Of a stretch of 64,000 bases of DNA, positions 63,501 through 64,000 are shown piece after piece. Numbering within the stretch: the stretch's first letter is position 1; the number at the start of each line of letters is the position of its first letter. Both the position numbers and the translations under genes were made by a program. The stretch comes from Eledone cirrhosa (taxonomy: Eukaryota), in assembly GCA_964016885.1 (NCBI GenBank), contig OZ024742.1, forward strand, positions 302,002,001-302,066,000, in the 5' to 3' direction. The notes below the pieces were generated by a model. The model had not been told where the DNA came from and did no database searches. It saw only the letters and a program-made list of their open reading frames with translations.

Positions 63501-64000
63501 TCACAGGCTCCCCCATGAAATGTAATACCCTAACCCTAATCCACCTCACAGGCTCCCCATCAAATGTAATAACCTAACCCTAATCCACCTCACAGGCTCC
63601 CCATCAAATGTAATACACTAACCCTATACCACCTCACAGGCTCCCCATCAAATGTAATACCCTAACCCTAATCCATCTCACAGACCTCCCATCAAATGTA
63701 ATACCCTAACCCTAATCCTCCTCAGAGGCTCCCCATCAAATGTAATACCCTAACCCTAATCCACCTCACAGGCTCCCCATCAAATGTAATACCCTAACCC
63801 TAATCCACCTGACAGGCTCCCCCATCAAATGTAATACCCTAACCATAATCCACCTCATAGGCTCCCCATCAAATGTAATACCCTAACCCTAATCTACCTC
63901 ACAGTCTCCCCATCAAATGTAATACCCTAACCCTATTCCACCTCACAGGATTCTCACTTCAGGTATAATACCCTAATCCTAATCCACCTCACATCTCCCC
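48590..64000. repeat. 44/45-bp satellite containing (CCCTAA)2, roughly 340-350 units, open at the right edge
   Basis: Unit AAATGTAATACCCTAACCCTAATCCACCTCACAGGCTCCCC(C)ATC. Diverged units at 48590-48900, homogeneous afterwards, with higher-order periods of ~1.5, ~1.59 and ~4.47 kb. Confidence 0.98.

Noticed and set aside
48900-64000. True telomere, CRISPR array, or coding repeats (MGEPVRWIRVRVLHL ORFs)
   Set aside because: Only two CCCTAA per 44-bp unit and the wrong strand for a right-hand end. There are no spacers. The ORFs arise where runs of 45-bp units stay in frame.

Overview
Eukaryotic (animal) genomic DNA, AT-rich and dense in microsatellites and transposons. The SINE/LINE families resemble those of octopod cephalopods; that assignment is an inference from remembered repeat sequences. 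I assembled by hand a complete 15-exon ORC1 gene on the minus strand (45913->14254; 2958 nt CDS, 985 aa; all introns GT-AG with consistent phases). The first coding exon of FAM91A1 (602->531, minus) lies at the left edge. Introns and intergenic DNA hold a near-intact full-length RTE-clade LINE (APE-RT with an internal PHD-like finger) inserted into a SINE, many 5'-truncated RTE copies in (TA)n tracts, TTAA-flanked piggyBac-like MITEs, hAT MITEs, Helitron-like elements, a solo-LTR candidate, CRE-like and Gypsy-like remnants, and hammerhead-like motifs. There are two large satellites: a 30-bp array in ORC1 intron 13, and a >15 kb 44-bp array carrying (CCCTAA)2 with nested higher-order repeats that runs off the right end. 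I found no CRISPR array, rRNA, true tRNA gene or clearly novel multi-gene system. The best leads are the telomere-motif satellite, the palindrome with a hammerhead-like core, and the RTE element's start-codon and target-site behaviour.
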